Assembly (NCBI RefSeq): GCF_001194135.2
Contig: NC_068988.1
Span: forward strand, 10,888,019 to 10,952,018
DNA from: Octopus bimaculoides
Taxonomy: Eukaryota
DNA: 64,000 bases
Direction: 5' to 3'
Part shown: positions 12,048 to 24,673 of the stretch, piece by piece
Layout of the letters: each line of letters starts with the position of its first letter
Position numbering within the stretch: the stretch's first letter is position 1
Program-made: the position numbers and the translations under genes
The notes under the pieces: model-generated
What the model was told of the DNA's origin: nothing
What the model saw: only the letters and a program-made list of their open reading frames with translations
Database searches by the model: none

Positions 12048-12255
12048 TAGCATCGAAAAATACCTTAGGAATGAGAACCCAGGTTCGAAATTTTTCTCCA
12101 AGACAACTGATGAAGTCTGGAGGGTATAGCAGCCGAAACGTTGTGTTAACAACAAACAAGATGAGATCAAATATCCGCTAAATTTAAATAATATAAATAT
12201 TGTAAATAATGTAAGGAAGTAATAATAGAATAATGGAATAGAAGAATAAAAGAAT
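11935..12255 (+). mobile_element. Chimeric SINE-like element: tRNA-like head, (AAT)n, Penelope-LTR-like tail
   Basis: A-box tggcctagtgg (11936-11946), B-box gtttgattcc (11981-11990), (AAT)n at about 12004-12048, then a tail containing CTGATGA...CCGAAACGTT. Confidence 0.72.
12101..12150 (+). ncRNA. Minimal type I hammerhead-ribozyme-like motif (decayed copy)
   Basis: gacaa-CTGATGA(12107-12113)-a-gtctg[gagggtatag]cagcc-GAAA(12135-12138)-C-GTT-gtgtt. Core boxes are intact; stem II is 4/5 paired and stem I 4/5 paired; palindromic AACGTT replaces stem III as in minimal PLE hammerheads. Confidence 0.55.
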
Positions 12256-15200
12256 GTATTATCGAGCCTACCAGTGCCTTGTATGTAAATTTTGTAGACG
12301 GAAATTGTATGGAAGTCCATAGAATATACATTGTATTTTGTGTACTTGCAAGTGTTTGTTCCACTCCCCTCTGGTTGTTTACTGGTATTGGTTTGTTTAT
12401 ATCCCTAGAATACAGAGGTTTAGCTGAAGGGAACGATGTAATTAGATCCAGATTAAAAAACTAAGCACTAGGGTCAGTATATTTGTTTTCTTGGAATAAA
12501 CACTTCGAGATTGAACTCAAGCTGGGCTGCAGTTCAACGTGTGAAACACGTACAAGATAAATGAAAAGTGATATGCATGTTATTCTATGAAATAAGTTCG
12601 GTGTATGTTTCCTATTACCATGTCCTATATTCCGACAGGCAACCTCGATGGGCCAACTGCACTTGAATTCAGGATTTAGCGAAAAAAGTTACAGGACGCT
12701 TATAGACGCACCCCAATAAGAACTTTACATTGTTTGTTATTTATCTAAAACACATTCATTTCTATCTTCATAAAAGAGTATGAATACTGCAAAGTCTCCT
12801 ACGGTGAATATATACGGGATATATCTATATAAAACCTATATATCTAATGTTATTTTATAGTGTTTTGAGCTGCGCTGCAATTATGCAATTATTAGCATAA
12901 CTGAATATATATGAGAACATATGAAATTTCGTTTTTAGTAACTGTTGCAATAAAAACTAAGTTATTCAAAATAGTAAACAACGCTGTTCTACATCGCAAA
13001 TGATTTTCTACTTGAATGATAAAACATATTGATTTTAACAATTTGGAAGAGCTTCATAGCAAATATAAAACCCAAGTATTTGTGTGCATAAATTAATTGT
13101 GAAAGCAATATTTTGCAATAGTAAAAAAGAAAAAAGTATTTGTTATGCTTTCAATGAACATGAAATTTCTATATTTGTTGCGAAGGAAATAGAGAAATAT
13201 GCTTACGATATCTTTCTAAATTTATGGGGGTTTCGCACAAAATAGCAAGAATCCAGACAATAACATATATGTTTATTCTCAATATGTTCAAGCTGATCAG
13301 AAGTTTAATATCTGAACGTTGTTGCTGCTCACCATCGGAGAACATAGGATGATGTGTGTGTATAACATGGTCCCCAGACTAAACGGAGTGTCAGCGACTA
13401 CGCGGTTTCCAGCTTCCCGTGCATCACGTTTGTTAACGTTATCTCGTAGAAATGATGAGTTTCAGAACAGATGAAGATGTTTTTTCATGGAAATTAAGAA
13501 ACAAATTATTAACCGATGCGAATTATTATTTGGTAAATAGAAAATAATTCATGAAGCATAGAACTATGATAATCTAAGCCATAACGGACCAATCTACTCT
13601 TAATAATTTCTGACAGATCAACTAATCCCTGCCGTGTTTTGTCAACAAGGAACATCTCCGTCAGGATGAAGCGTATTCATAACAGAGCATATTGCACCGG
13701 TGTACGGAGACGTTTAGACAGCTAGAGTTTCTACATCATTGTGCGTCATCTCAGGCTAAGCTACTCCGCCGAACCGATGAATGATTCAGGGGCGTAACCC
13801 TTTGTTTGGGAAAATCGGTAAACGCATTGTTTGTTGGATCAACAAGCCAAAAGTACAATTTAAACAAGTTAGAATCAACTTGTTTCAAAACATTCCAGTT
13901 TATTATTATTATTATTATTTTGAGATGCAAACATAGTAATCCGTCACTGGATTACACTTTTTCATAAAACTATTAATATACAAGATTGAGATATTCGTTG
14001 GAATTCTGGAACTATGATTTGCGCTAGTTTTTCTATTTTGTTTTTCTTCTTGCGACGTCAATTTGCGCCGATGCCATCACTAGTTAAGATAAATAAAGTA
14101 TCGGCAAATTCTTTTGCCAAAGGCCTATTTATTTGCAAAGAAAAATCCTAGATTGTTTTCTTAAAGTCCGTAAACATGTTTCGTGTCTAAAATTTATCCA
14201 CATATATAAGATTTCGTATATAACATTTCGGTTATAACTTTCAGCATTGAACTCAGAGAAACCATCACATTTAATAAGCTGTCCCTTGGATAATAAGGGT
14301 AAAGAAAGTGACGCAACGTCTTCAATTTTCCATAGTAGCGCATGCATAATGATAATTATCTGAAGTAATGAATAATTAATTAGCGTCTCATCAAAACAAC
14401 ATTGCACTGTCGCAGTTTCTCTTTATTGTTATTTCTAAACTTTCACGCTGATTTAGAGAAGTAGAAGGGAAATTTCGAAAACTACTTCCGTCACGTCGAA
14501 CAACATTAGAAGATCTTGAGAATTATAGTATAATTAAGCTTAAATAGAATTTAATTTATTGGTTATTTTCGGCCTTTGTAAGAGCCTAATGTATTAGGAA
14601 TCAACATTTCATTATCCCAACTACCGTTAGAATTCTTCGTGACAATGCATTTCACATCTCTTTTAAATAGATGAAAAGCTTTTTCCATGGCTGACATATC
14701 CCTGTCTGACATAGAAGATTTACATTACTGAAACACACCGATGCATCACCGAATCCAAATACATAAATATAATGTTGATTGTTTTCAGGCGAAAAAAAAA
14801 AAGAACAATGTTCTTATTTCCATTTCTTGATTTCAATGAAATAATATAACTTATCATATATGATAATTACAATTCCAAAAAGGAGAAAAATGATTCTATT
14901 CAATCTCTGGAATATGGTTGCATTTCATGGGGAAATATAAATGATTTCATTCACTTCATCAGATATTATGTGTAGGAGGTTGTAATTATGTTTNNNNNNN
15001 NNNNNNNNNNNNNNNNNNNNNNNNNNNNNNNNNNNNNNNNNNNNNNNNNNNNNNNNNNNNNNNNNNNNNNNNNNNNNNNNNNNNNNNNNNNNNNNNNNNN
15101 NNNNNNNNNNNNNNNNNNNNNNNNNNNNNNNNNNNNNNNNNNNNNNNNNNNNNNNNNNNNNNNNNNNNNNNNNNNNNNNNNNNNNNNNNNNNNNNNNNNN

Positions 15201-15643
15201 NNNNNNNNNNNNNNNNNNNNNNNNNNNNNNNNNNNNNNNNNNNNNNNNNNNNNNNNNNNNNNNNNNNNNNNNNNNNNNNNNNNNNNNNNNNNNNNNNNNN
15301 NNNNNNNNNNNNNNNNNNNNNNNNNNNNNNNNNNNNNNNNNNNNNNNNNNNNNNNNNNNNNNNNNNNNNNNNNNNNNNNNNNNNNNNNNNNNNNNNNNNN
15401 NNNNNNNNNNNNNNNNNNNNNNNNNNNNNNNNNNNNNNNNNNNNNNNNNNNNNNNNNNNNNNNNNNNNNNNNNNNNNNNNNNNNNNNNNNNNNNNNNNNN
15501 NNNNNNNNNNNNNNNNNNNNNNNNNNNNNNNNNNNNNNNNNNNNNNNNNNNNNNNNNNNNNNNNNNNNNNNNNNNNNNNNNNNNNNNNNNNNNNNNNNNN
15601 NNNNNNNNNNNNNNNNNNNNNNNNNNNNNNNNNNNNNNNNNNN

Positions 15644-15684
<41 letters not shown>

Positions 15685-16837
15685 GTCTCATAAGCATTGT
15701 AGTTAACATTAAGGAAACTACATAAGTGTTAGCTATCGGCATTGTTTAGAAAGCCATATATTCTTTCAGAAATATTGTTTTTTAAAACAACTAATCAGCA
15801 CCTGATTTGAGAAAGAAAAACACGTAAGTAGATGGAGACATTCCATTCTAGTTTCAAGAGATTATATATGATTAAGCTTTAGCTTCTGTTTTCTAAAGAA
15901 GAACAGAAGATAAACCTACGTTTCCTGTTCACCAGATAATATTCTTTACAATCCATTGTGATATAAATCGATTTTATAGAACGGTTTCTGTTTCATATAT
16001 CTACATTTACAGTAAACGTCTTTACGGTGTCTATATCTCCCCAACATTCTATCGCTGATAAAACATGTAGCACTGTGTTGAGTGTTAAGTAATCTACTGA
16101 TAATGAATTTTATAAATATAAAAATATTAGATATTCATTTAATCTTTTGACATTTCAAGACGAAATCAAAACGTAGCTTTAAATATAATTGTTAGATATT
16201 TTTTTTTTCCTTTAATCTTATGTTTTGCCCAATTATCTGTTATCTTCAAAATGGATATATGTTGTCTATTTTTTTTACATGATTTATTAAATACGATGCA
16301 CAAATACGTTAGCTTAATAGTGATAGGATTCAGCGTAACACTCAACACGGGAACTTTTCTAATTCTTGAGTACATTAACTTTTAAGGTGAACACTTAAAT
16401 ATTCCGAAAAAGTTTGCGTTAAAAAACAATCCGAAGAATAATTTTACCTCAAATTTACTTGTATGTTGTTGTGTTTTACATGTCTGTTAAAACGGGAATA
16501 ACAATAAAATAAATGTTGACCGAAAACACAATTGTGGAAAGGCTGTTCACAACAGAAATGGCCACCAGAATGTCAACAAGCAACATTAAAGGCCGTGATA
16601 GTTTATCTAAGTTATATAGAAGTCAACAAAAATTTCAGTCGAAACATCCATTCTCTCTATCTCACTAATGCTTTACTTTATCAATCCCCGAGAAATGAAA
16701 GGCTAATTTATCTCCGATGTTATATGAAGTCAAAATCTGAAATAATTCAAAACAGAAAAATATTGCAAGGCATGATCTATTGTTGCTTGAAGTGTAATCT
16801 ATATAATGAAAATATATCCCTCTGTTTGTGTGTGCGT

Positions 16838-16881
<44 letters not shown>

Positions 16882-16959
16882 CTGTGTGTGTGTCTGTCTG
16901 TCCGTCTGTCTCTTTATCTACCTATAGGAAGAAAAACTACAGCGTGGATATAAAAACTA

Positions 16960-17900
16960 ACAGATAAATTCTTGTGTAAAAGAGACCACAGGCTCTTTAG
17001 AAGAATATTAAAACATTGTGGATCCTTCAACCCAGGTTGTTGCAGTAATTGGCCCTGCAGCTCGACGGCATTGTTGAGATCTTTGGCACTTTGCAGTGGT
17101 GACCCCTTCTTTCATTAGTGCAGCTTTAAATGCCATAATATGGCACAATCCCTTCGGTAGGTCGAACAGCTTACGCAGTATTCATGCTACCATTCCATTT
17201 AACTTTGAAAAATGAACCTGTTTGCATTATTAATAAACATTTTTTCTTCAGGATAAGTTGTCATGAACTATTTTTTTCATTATAAGACGAAGCTACAATG
17301 TCTCATAAAAAAAGAACAGCAGTTGTTAACAGAATGCGCAGTTCCAATTGGAATTCAGACATTTTTTGCCAGAGATTCCCTGGGGAACAAAGGCAGAAAT
17401 ATATCAATGTGTTAAACATTTCTACGTATATGAGGGTACATTCCCCTCAAATCTTACCAAAACACGCTCTTTAGTCTGCTGCATTACCCATTCCTTATGC
17501 AACAATTTCATTAGAAAGAACACATAAATCACCCCCAACACTCATCTATGTACCATCAAAAGAAACACAGTGTGTAATGTCGCCCTGATTTCGATATCAT
17601 TGAATCAATTACACCGTTTTGAATAAACGTCTGTTCAGTCAGGTTGAAGAATATTAAGCAACTGCAAGAGCAACAATCATTTTAACCGAATTAAGTTTCG
17701 CTTACAATTTACCCTGGATACAGAAATTTCCCAAAATATATTCACCCTACTCTACTTTTTAATATGACTTCAAGGACCGTGAGTTGTAACAAGATGTCAT
17801 TAAATCTATTTGACTATTCTTCTTGATGTGTGTTTTCACGCGGCAGAGCAGAAACCTTGGTTACATTTTCTATAAATCTTATATCAAAATGTGGATTATA
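16960..17900 (-). mobile_element. CR1/Jockey-group LINE remnant, highly degenerate
   Basis: At 16960-17170 the minus strand reads TEGIVPYYGI*SCTNERRGHHCKVPKI...RANYCNNL / GLKDPQCFNILLKSL (VPNFGI...RHGR.C.VP...GPQLFN.LP pattern). Weaker RT-like traces (LGNFCIQGKL, GFCSAA) extend to about 17900. Confidence 0.65.
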
Positions 17901-19225
17901 TACTTCTTTCCTACTGGATTATGTTTATCCTTTGCTGTGGCATTAATGTGTCTTTGAATCTTAACAAGATTTGTTTGTACGCAATTGATGTTTTCGCTAG
18001 CCTAGATTATGTTAACCTTCTGACACAATTTCAGATATAAATATATTTTTTCCTCTGTAATTCCAAACACATCCTACGTCAGCGTTATTTTGAATATTCA
18101 TTTAATACAAGTATGTTGATGAATCGGGCGAGTAATAATTGATAAGTAACGTTAATGTCCTGTTCCATTTTCTGCTGATACATTTCAATTACTTCGTTTT
18201 TTTTTTTTCATCTTCGTTTATTTTCAATTAACTTCTCAAGCAGGTCTTCTGTTGCTTTTGTGCGTTTATTGTAGCAAAACAAGTATGATAATCATTGGTG
18301 TTTATGATGTCAACTAAGTCTCTAAAGAAATGAATATTTTGTTTTCCTTATAATTGATGTCTCTGCTCCAATTCACAGCAAAGTACTTTGAAGTTTATAT
18401 CAGACGCGTAAACAGATGCCACTTCATGGTTGCGTAACCTATGAAAATTAGTCGGGAAATCTTATTCATATCACATCTGGAAGTCTCGTACGTGGGTGCT
18501 CATTTCGAACAAAGTCTGCGATCATCACCGAAAAACCTATCCCTATTAATTTGCTTCAGGTGTATTACCTGCAGATAAAACAAAAGAATAAAAATATATC
18601 AATGATCGGGTAATAAAATATGAAATGATTTGGGCTAGAACGGTTTGTTAATAAGTTAGCTTAAGTGACATCTAAAAATGTGAGACAGCAAAAAAATTAA
18701 GACATCTAAAAATATGAGACAGAGAGACGTCTAAACATGTGAGATCGCCGGGTAAAATAATCTTATCACTAATACCCAACTATTCCCCATGGTTTTAATT
18801 ATATAACTTTAATGTCAAAGTGAATACCTACGAGTTAATCAGCTAAAATACCTGAAAGTCATCGCCAGGCTACACAACTGGGTCTGAGGGAGGCCTGCTT
18901 TGCCAGATACTGCCATAGTTATCATACGCGCAGCTGTTCAACATCTGGAAATCAATTTTTAATCTATTTATTTATCTTTTATTTACTTCTTTTTTGTGTT
19001 CGCAAGTGTTGATGGTCCTAAATCGACGACAAAGTGTATATAATATTAAGAGTTTTAGTAACAAAACGACAGCCAACATCCACAAGTGAGCATGACTTGA
19101 TACCAAATGCCCTACAGGATTCAATAAAAGATTCACGATATGAGCGATGCCGGGAAAAAAGGTTACTTCGCCACCGAGCTGAAATAGAGTTATGATCCAT
19201 GAATAATATCATTTCTGTTTACGTT

Positions 19226-19400
19226 AAATGCGGCGAACTGGTAGAATCGATAACACGCCGGTTAAAAGCGTCTGTCTTGACCTTGCCTTCCATCCTTTAA
19301 GGGATGATAAACTAAGTACCAGTTAATAAGTGAGATCGATGGTATCGACTTAGAACTCTACTCAAAACCTACCTGTCCTGTACAAATTGTGAATCCATTC
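19226..19400 (+). mobile_element. SINE family A, internally deleted
   Basis: gcggcgaactggtagaatcg...ccttgccttccatcctttaagggatgataaactaagtaccagtt...gatcgatggtatcgactt. Confidence 0.8.
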
Positions 19401-19668
19401 TTTCTATTTGGGTGTGTTAAGATAGATGCAGAATTTAATGCATTCAATTTCATGCTGTTTTTGTCATTTTAAATCTATTAATATAGAATCTAATTCATCT
19501 CAAAACACTGGAATCAATGAATTAGCTGTCAGTGGAACATTTTGAATCCGAAATAGAATAAAGGTTGTATGTGTGAAGAAAGCCATTATTCACAAATATA
19601 TGATTATTAATAACGCTTAATGTGTTCCTCCTTTACAATTGCTCGCCCTGAGGCAAACGTTGAAAGTT

Positions 19669-19842
19669 AGGCGGCGACGTGACCGAATCTTTAGCCGGAC
19701 ACAGTACTTTGCGACATCTCGTCCGCATTCATTTTCCAATTCCGCCGGTTCGACCTTGTCTTTCGTCTTTGTGTGGTCAATAAAATAATTACCATTTGAG
19801 CACTGGAATCGATGTAATCGTCTTACCCTATCCCCGAAACAG
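19669..19842 (+). mobile_element. SINE family A, degenerate
   Basis: aggcggcgacgtgaccgaatc...aattccgccggttcgaccttgtctttc...aataaaataattaccatttgagcactggaatcgatgtaatcg. Confidence 0.75.
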
Positions 19843-20005
19843 TTAACTTACCCCTTCCGCCAAGCAGTTAGAGTGACCGATCCAGTGGCAGAACTTCCGC
19901 AGAATCTTACTTATGATGTGACTTATAAATTAAGGTCACGCAAGGTTTCACTGTAAAAGAACATTTTAGTTGTTCTTCAAAGTATTTCATTCATGTCATC
20001 AACTG

Positions 20006-20155
20006 CAGTAAACACATTAAACATTGGATAATGTGTCTACTATGCTTGGATAACGTGTTTAATGGATACTGTTTAATGTGTTTAATGGACAATGTGTTTA
20101 ATGTGTTTAATGGAAAATGTGTTTAATGGACAATGTGTTTAATGTGTTTACACTG
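20006..20155. repeat. Minisatellite of GTGTTTAAT(GGACAAT) units bounded by inverted ends
   Basis: About 8 copies of tgtttaat; left end cagtaaacacattaaaca is the near reverse complement of right end tgtttaatgtgtttacactg. Confidence 0.75.
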
Positions 20156-20784
20156 TAAACATTGCAAAAACTAAATCCATTTTAAGAATGAAGCAGAATA
20201 TTCAACAAATATGTGATCCTAAATCAAGAAAAACTCCATTTGCTGAACCTCTTGGCACATGTGCAAATCCGAAACTCCAAAACGTCTTGTCTCCCCACTC
20301 TATTAATATGCAGGCGATCCCACAGACAAAACCAAAAATAATGACGAATGTTCTTATATTTAAAAAATACAAATCACAGCTGAACAGGTTATAAAAAAAA
20401 CATCAGAAATACACGATTTTCATTTTCCTATGAATTGATTATTGTAACCTTCTCATCAGGGAAAGCATGGGAATCATCTTAAACGTAAGACATTATGACC
20501 GATTATCAGAAGGTTACAATTTTGATATCAAAGATCCCAATGGATCACAAAGGTTGTAATCCTTTGAAACATATGTAGGAATAAAGTATGCAATTATACC
20601 GTACGTTTTCTCCAATCCTTAAATTCTTAAATACACTCAAATACCCAAAATTTCAAGGGGTTCCTGCCTTAAAAACAGGAACTAACCACAGTTATTTTGT
20701 GTTCTTTGCTACATTGGTTTCTATTAACCCATTTATTCTACCAGAAGAATTTTTATTCATTAAGATAGAAGAAATACACATAAG

Positions 20785-20874
<90 letters not shown>

Positions 20875-21919
20875 NNNNNNNNNNCAGAGAGAGAGAGAGA
20901 GAGAGAGATTGAAGCCGACACTTCTTTGTCGTTGATAAAATGTAAAATGGAGGAGCAAACCTTTAAACTAACGTCCTTAACGTGTGAGTATAAGACAAAT
21001 ATTACGCAATTTTACAATTGTTCATGAAATCCACATGAAGCAGGAAACCAGCTTCTGTCTTTGAATCACAAATACATCTCATATGACACAGTTTCTGGCA
21101 ATGTGATTTCACATGCAATACTAATGTTGTCTCATAATGACGTCGAACACAAGACATCACGGTTGCGAAACAAATCTCTTAACCATTCAGTCACGTTAGT
21201 CTGACTGCAGAATCAGTTTTCAGATAATGCGTGCGTACGTAAAATGAATCTTTTACAATATTTTCGTCATAGCAAAGTCTCTTTGAACTTAAGAATTCAT
21301 ATATATACTCTTTCAGTTTATCGATATATCGATGTATATCTTTGCTTATTGATGCAAAATATGTAGCCTCCACAAAAAGAACACAATTCTAAAATATGGA
21401 ACAACAGTCACACACACGTATACAAAGAATTTCTATTTTGATTTTGATGTCATCTGTCAGCAATATAATCTACCCTGACTTCAATAAAGTTCCAAAGTGT
21501 ATTTGTTACAGCACAAACTATAATTACATTTTGACAAGTCTTGTACGAATCATGGTGCATTTGATAAATGGTAGTATTACATTATATTGAACACTGAGTG
21601 TAGTTCAGAAGATTTATACACATACTCATACATATGTAGTATATACGCAACGACTTTTATACATGTATATGAATGTATAAATAAATGTATATGCAGATTG
21701 GGAGGGGCAGACATGCAGAAAGACAGATAAATAAAAGTAAAAGATATACGTACATACATATATATTTTCTCTAATAGCAAAAATTATAAGTTCACACACG
21801 CAGACATTTTCTATATATCTATATACATGTTTGGATAAATGCATGTATGTATGTATCTGTGTGTGCGTATATGTACGTATGTCTCTGTATACATATTTAT
21901 ATGCACATATATGGCAATG

Positions 21920-21965
<46 letters not shown>

Positions 21966-22758
21966 NNNNNNNNNNNNNNNNNNNNNNNNNNNNNNNNNNN
22001 NNNNNNNNNNNNNNNNNNNNNNNNNNNNNNNNNNNNNNNNNNNNNNNNNNNNNNNNNNNNNNNNNNNNNNNNNNNNNNNNNNNNNNNNNNNNNNNNNNNN
22101 NNNNNNNNNNNNNNNNNNNNNNNNNNNNNNNNNNNNNNNNNNNNNNNNNNNNNNNNNNNNNNNNNNNNNNNNNNNNNNNNNNNNNNNNNNNNNNNNNNNN
22201 NNNNNNNNNNNNNNNNNNNNNNNNNNNNNNNNNNNNNNNNNNNNNNNNNNNNNNNNNNNNNNNNNNNNNNNNNNNNNNNNNNNNNNNNNNNNNNNNNNNN
22301 NNNNNNNNNNNNNNNNNNNNNNNNNNNNNNNNNNNNNNNNNNNNNNNNNNNNNNNNNNNNNNNNNNNNNNNNNNNNNNNNNNNNNNNNNNNNNNNNNNNN
22401 NNNNNNNNNNNNNNNNNNNNNNNNNNNNNNNNNNNNNNNNNNNNNNNNNNNNNNNNNNNNNNNNNNNNNNNNNNNNNNNNNNNNNNNNNNNNNNNNNNNN
22501 NNNNNNNNNNNNNNNNNNNNNNNNNNNNNNNNNNNNNNNNNNNNNNNNNNNNNNNNNNNNNNNNNNNNNNNNNNNNNNNNNNNNNNNNNNNNNNNNNNNN
22601 NNNNNNNNNNNNNNNNNNNNNNNNNNNNNNNNNNNNNNNNNNNNNNNNNNNNNNNNNNNNNNNNNNNNNNNNNNNNNNNNNNNNNNNNNNNNNNNNNNNN
22701 NNNNNNNNNNNNNNNNNNNNNNNNNNNNNNNNNNNNNNNNNNNNNNNNNNNNNNNNNN

Positions 22759-22795
<37 letters not shown>

Positions 22796-22799
22796 ATAC

Positions 22800-22975
22800 G
22801 TATATACATTCTTTATTTTCTCTCCCTGTTTCTTTCTGTGTTCCTTTCTATTGAAGAGCCTAGGCTCGAAACATAACAGACTTTTTCACTTCTCGAGCGT
22901 TAAACTAATACATCTGTACGTTGTCTACACCACCTGTCTTCGTTTGTTGTTTTTTGCTTGGGATCTCTCCACTCT
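22800..22975 (+). mobile_element. Short Penelope-LTR-like repeat abutting (TA)n, with degenerate hammerhead-like core
   Basis: cttt-ctattga-a-gagc[ctag]gctc-gaaac-ata-acag at about 22844-22880: perfect stem II followed by GAAAC, but the core boxes are mutated. Confidence 0.5.
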
Positions 22976-23204
22976 CTCAAATAATATGATCCGTCGTTTA
23001 TTCACTAGCATCAATTTGGTACCTGCTGTGAAAAATTGACTTCGAAAGGAAACTATCGGGAATAAGAAAAGAAAAAAATGGTTTTTGGCTTCCAGGTAAG
23101 AATATAACAATTAGATGTGATAAAATTTCTTAGATTTCTAAGAAGTTGTCATAAAATACGATAGAAACATTAAGATATTTTGGCTACGTAGCCCTAAAAT
23201 TTAA

Positions 23205-24028
23205 CACACACACACACACATACACACACACACACTCACACTCACACATATACATAGTAATGCTGTCTCTCAGACACCCATGTACAGACGCACACGCAAG
23301 TACATGCATACACACATGCACATCTATGCAGTTATACTTCTACTCTCTCCCCACACACCCTAAAATCATCTCAGAGTCTATACCCGCCTCCGGCAATGAT
23401 GTTCCAACTATACTGCCATACCTCTGTCACACTTGCAGACATAAACAGCAAAAGTGTGCGTACATATGTGTACACACACGCGCCTAAACCAAACAAAAAC
23501 CTATGTTCTTCCCTACATGCAAGTACACTTATATACAAACACGCTTACACTCGTACATGTACACACTTCTTTCTACGTATATGTTTCCTCTCTTTCCACC
23601 ATCCCCAACACCACACCTCAGTCTAACACTGTGGCCCCACCAGCGACGTTGTTGCAATTACAACAATATGCATCTGTCACACTCACACACATCAATACCA
23701 AAAGTATGCATATATATTGTCAAACACACACGAACACGAGAGTAAAAAGTCACGTATATGTTCTTCCAAACAAATACACGCGCACTCATAATGTTATACA
23801 CACACGCAAGAATGTATATATTACGCTCAAGCGCTCACGAATACATTAAATCACGTTTGCACACGTAGACTTGTACAGTGCCACTAAGGCACAAGTATTC
23901 CCACGCACACATACACATAACTATACACATACACACGCACCCATTTATACAATCAATAACACAGACATGCCCGCACTCACACAGCTAGTAGTATACACTT
24001 TCACACGCTATCACACACACGCACTCAC
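23205..24028. repeat. Long degenerate CA-rich low-complexity tract
   Basis: About 800 bp of strand-biased, eroded (CA)n/(TACA)n sequence. Confidence 0.75.
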
Positions 24029-24042
24029 CAGCCCTGTTTCTT

Positions 24043-24347
24043 TCAGATAACAAGTCTCCTATCCCCCACTAACAAAAAGCAACAGATACAACAAGAAAGC
24101 CACCAGTATCTTTGTCCATTGTTGCGGTCTAAGAAATTATCATCTGTTGTCGCTGATTTGCCAATCTCAGTGGTAACAATAACATGTGACCAACTTGACA
24201 TACGGAGCATATTTTCTCGTAGCTTTCTCGGAACTACAGTAGTGAATTTTAAATTCCTGTGTCCCGTCATTGGGTCAACTGAGCTGCAACGAGCTGGGTT
24301 TTTGTGAGAAACCTGCGAAACTTCAAGTGACATAGAACCTAACCAAA
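24043..24347 (-). CDS. Candidate terminal coding exon of an unidentified gene
   Basis: Acceptor ttcattgttatttcaaacag| at 24348; phase-1 open frame WLGSMSLEVSQVSHKNPARCSSVDPMTGHRNLKFTTVVPRKLRENMLRMSSWSHVIVTTEIGKS...WWLSCCICCFLLVGDRRLVI*; donor CTG|GTGAGT at 24029, 14 nt after the stop. Unique sequence between microsatellites; no family recognised. Confidence 0.3.
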
Positions 24348-24460
24348 CTGTTTGAAATAACAATGAAATATGGAATTGTACTAAACGTATTGAGTGCATT
24401 TTTGTTTTGTTTCTACACACACACACACACACACACACATACACACACACACACACACAC

Positions 24461-24495
<35 letters not shown>

Positions 24496-24614
24496 TATTA
24501 TATGTACCTAAGTTATCTGGTAAAACAAGTTCACTGTCTATAGCTACCTGACGTCATCCACGGTATTCGCAAAATTGTTACTGAACATATATGTGGGTGG
24601 GTGTGTGCATGGAT

Positions 24615-24616
24615 AC

Positions 24617-24673
<57 letters not shown>
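24615..24673. repeat. (GATA)n microsatellite
   Basis: Directly visible; (CA)n/(TACA)n also at about 24415-24500. Confidence 0.97.
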
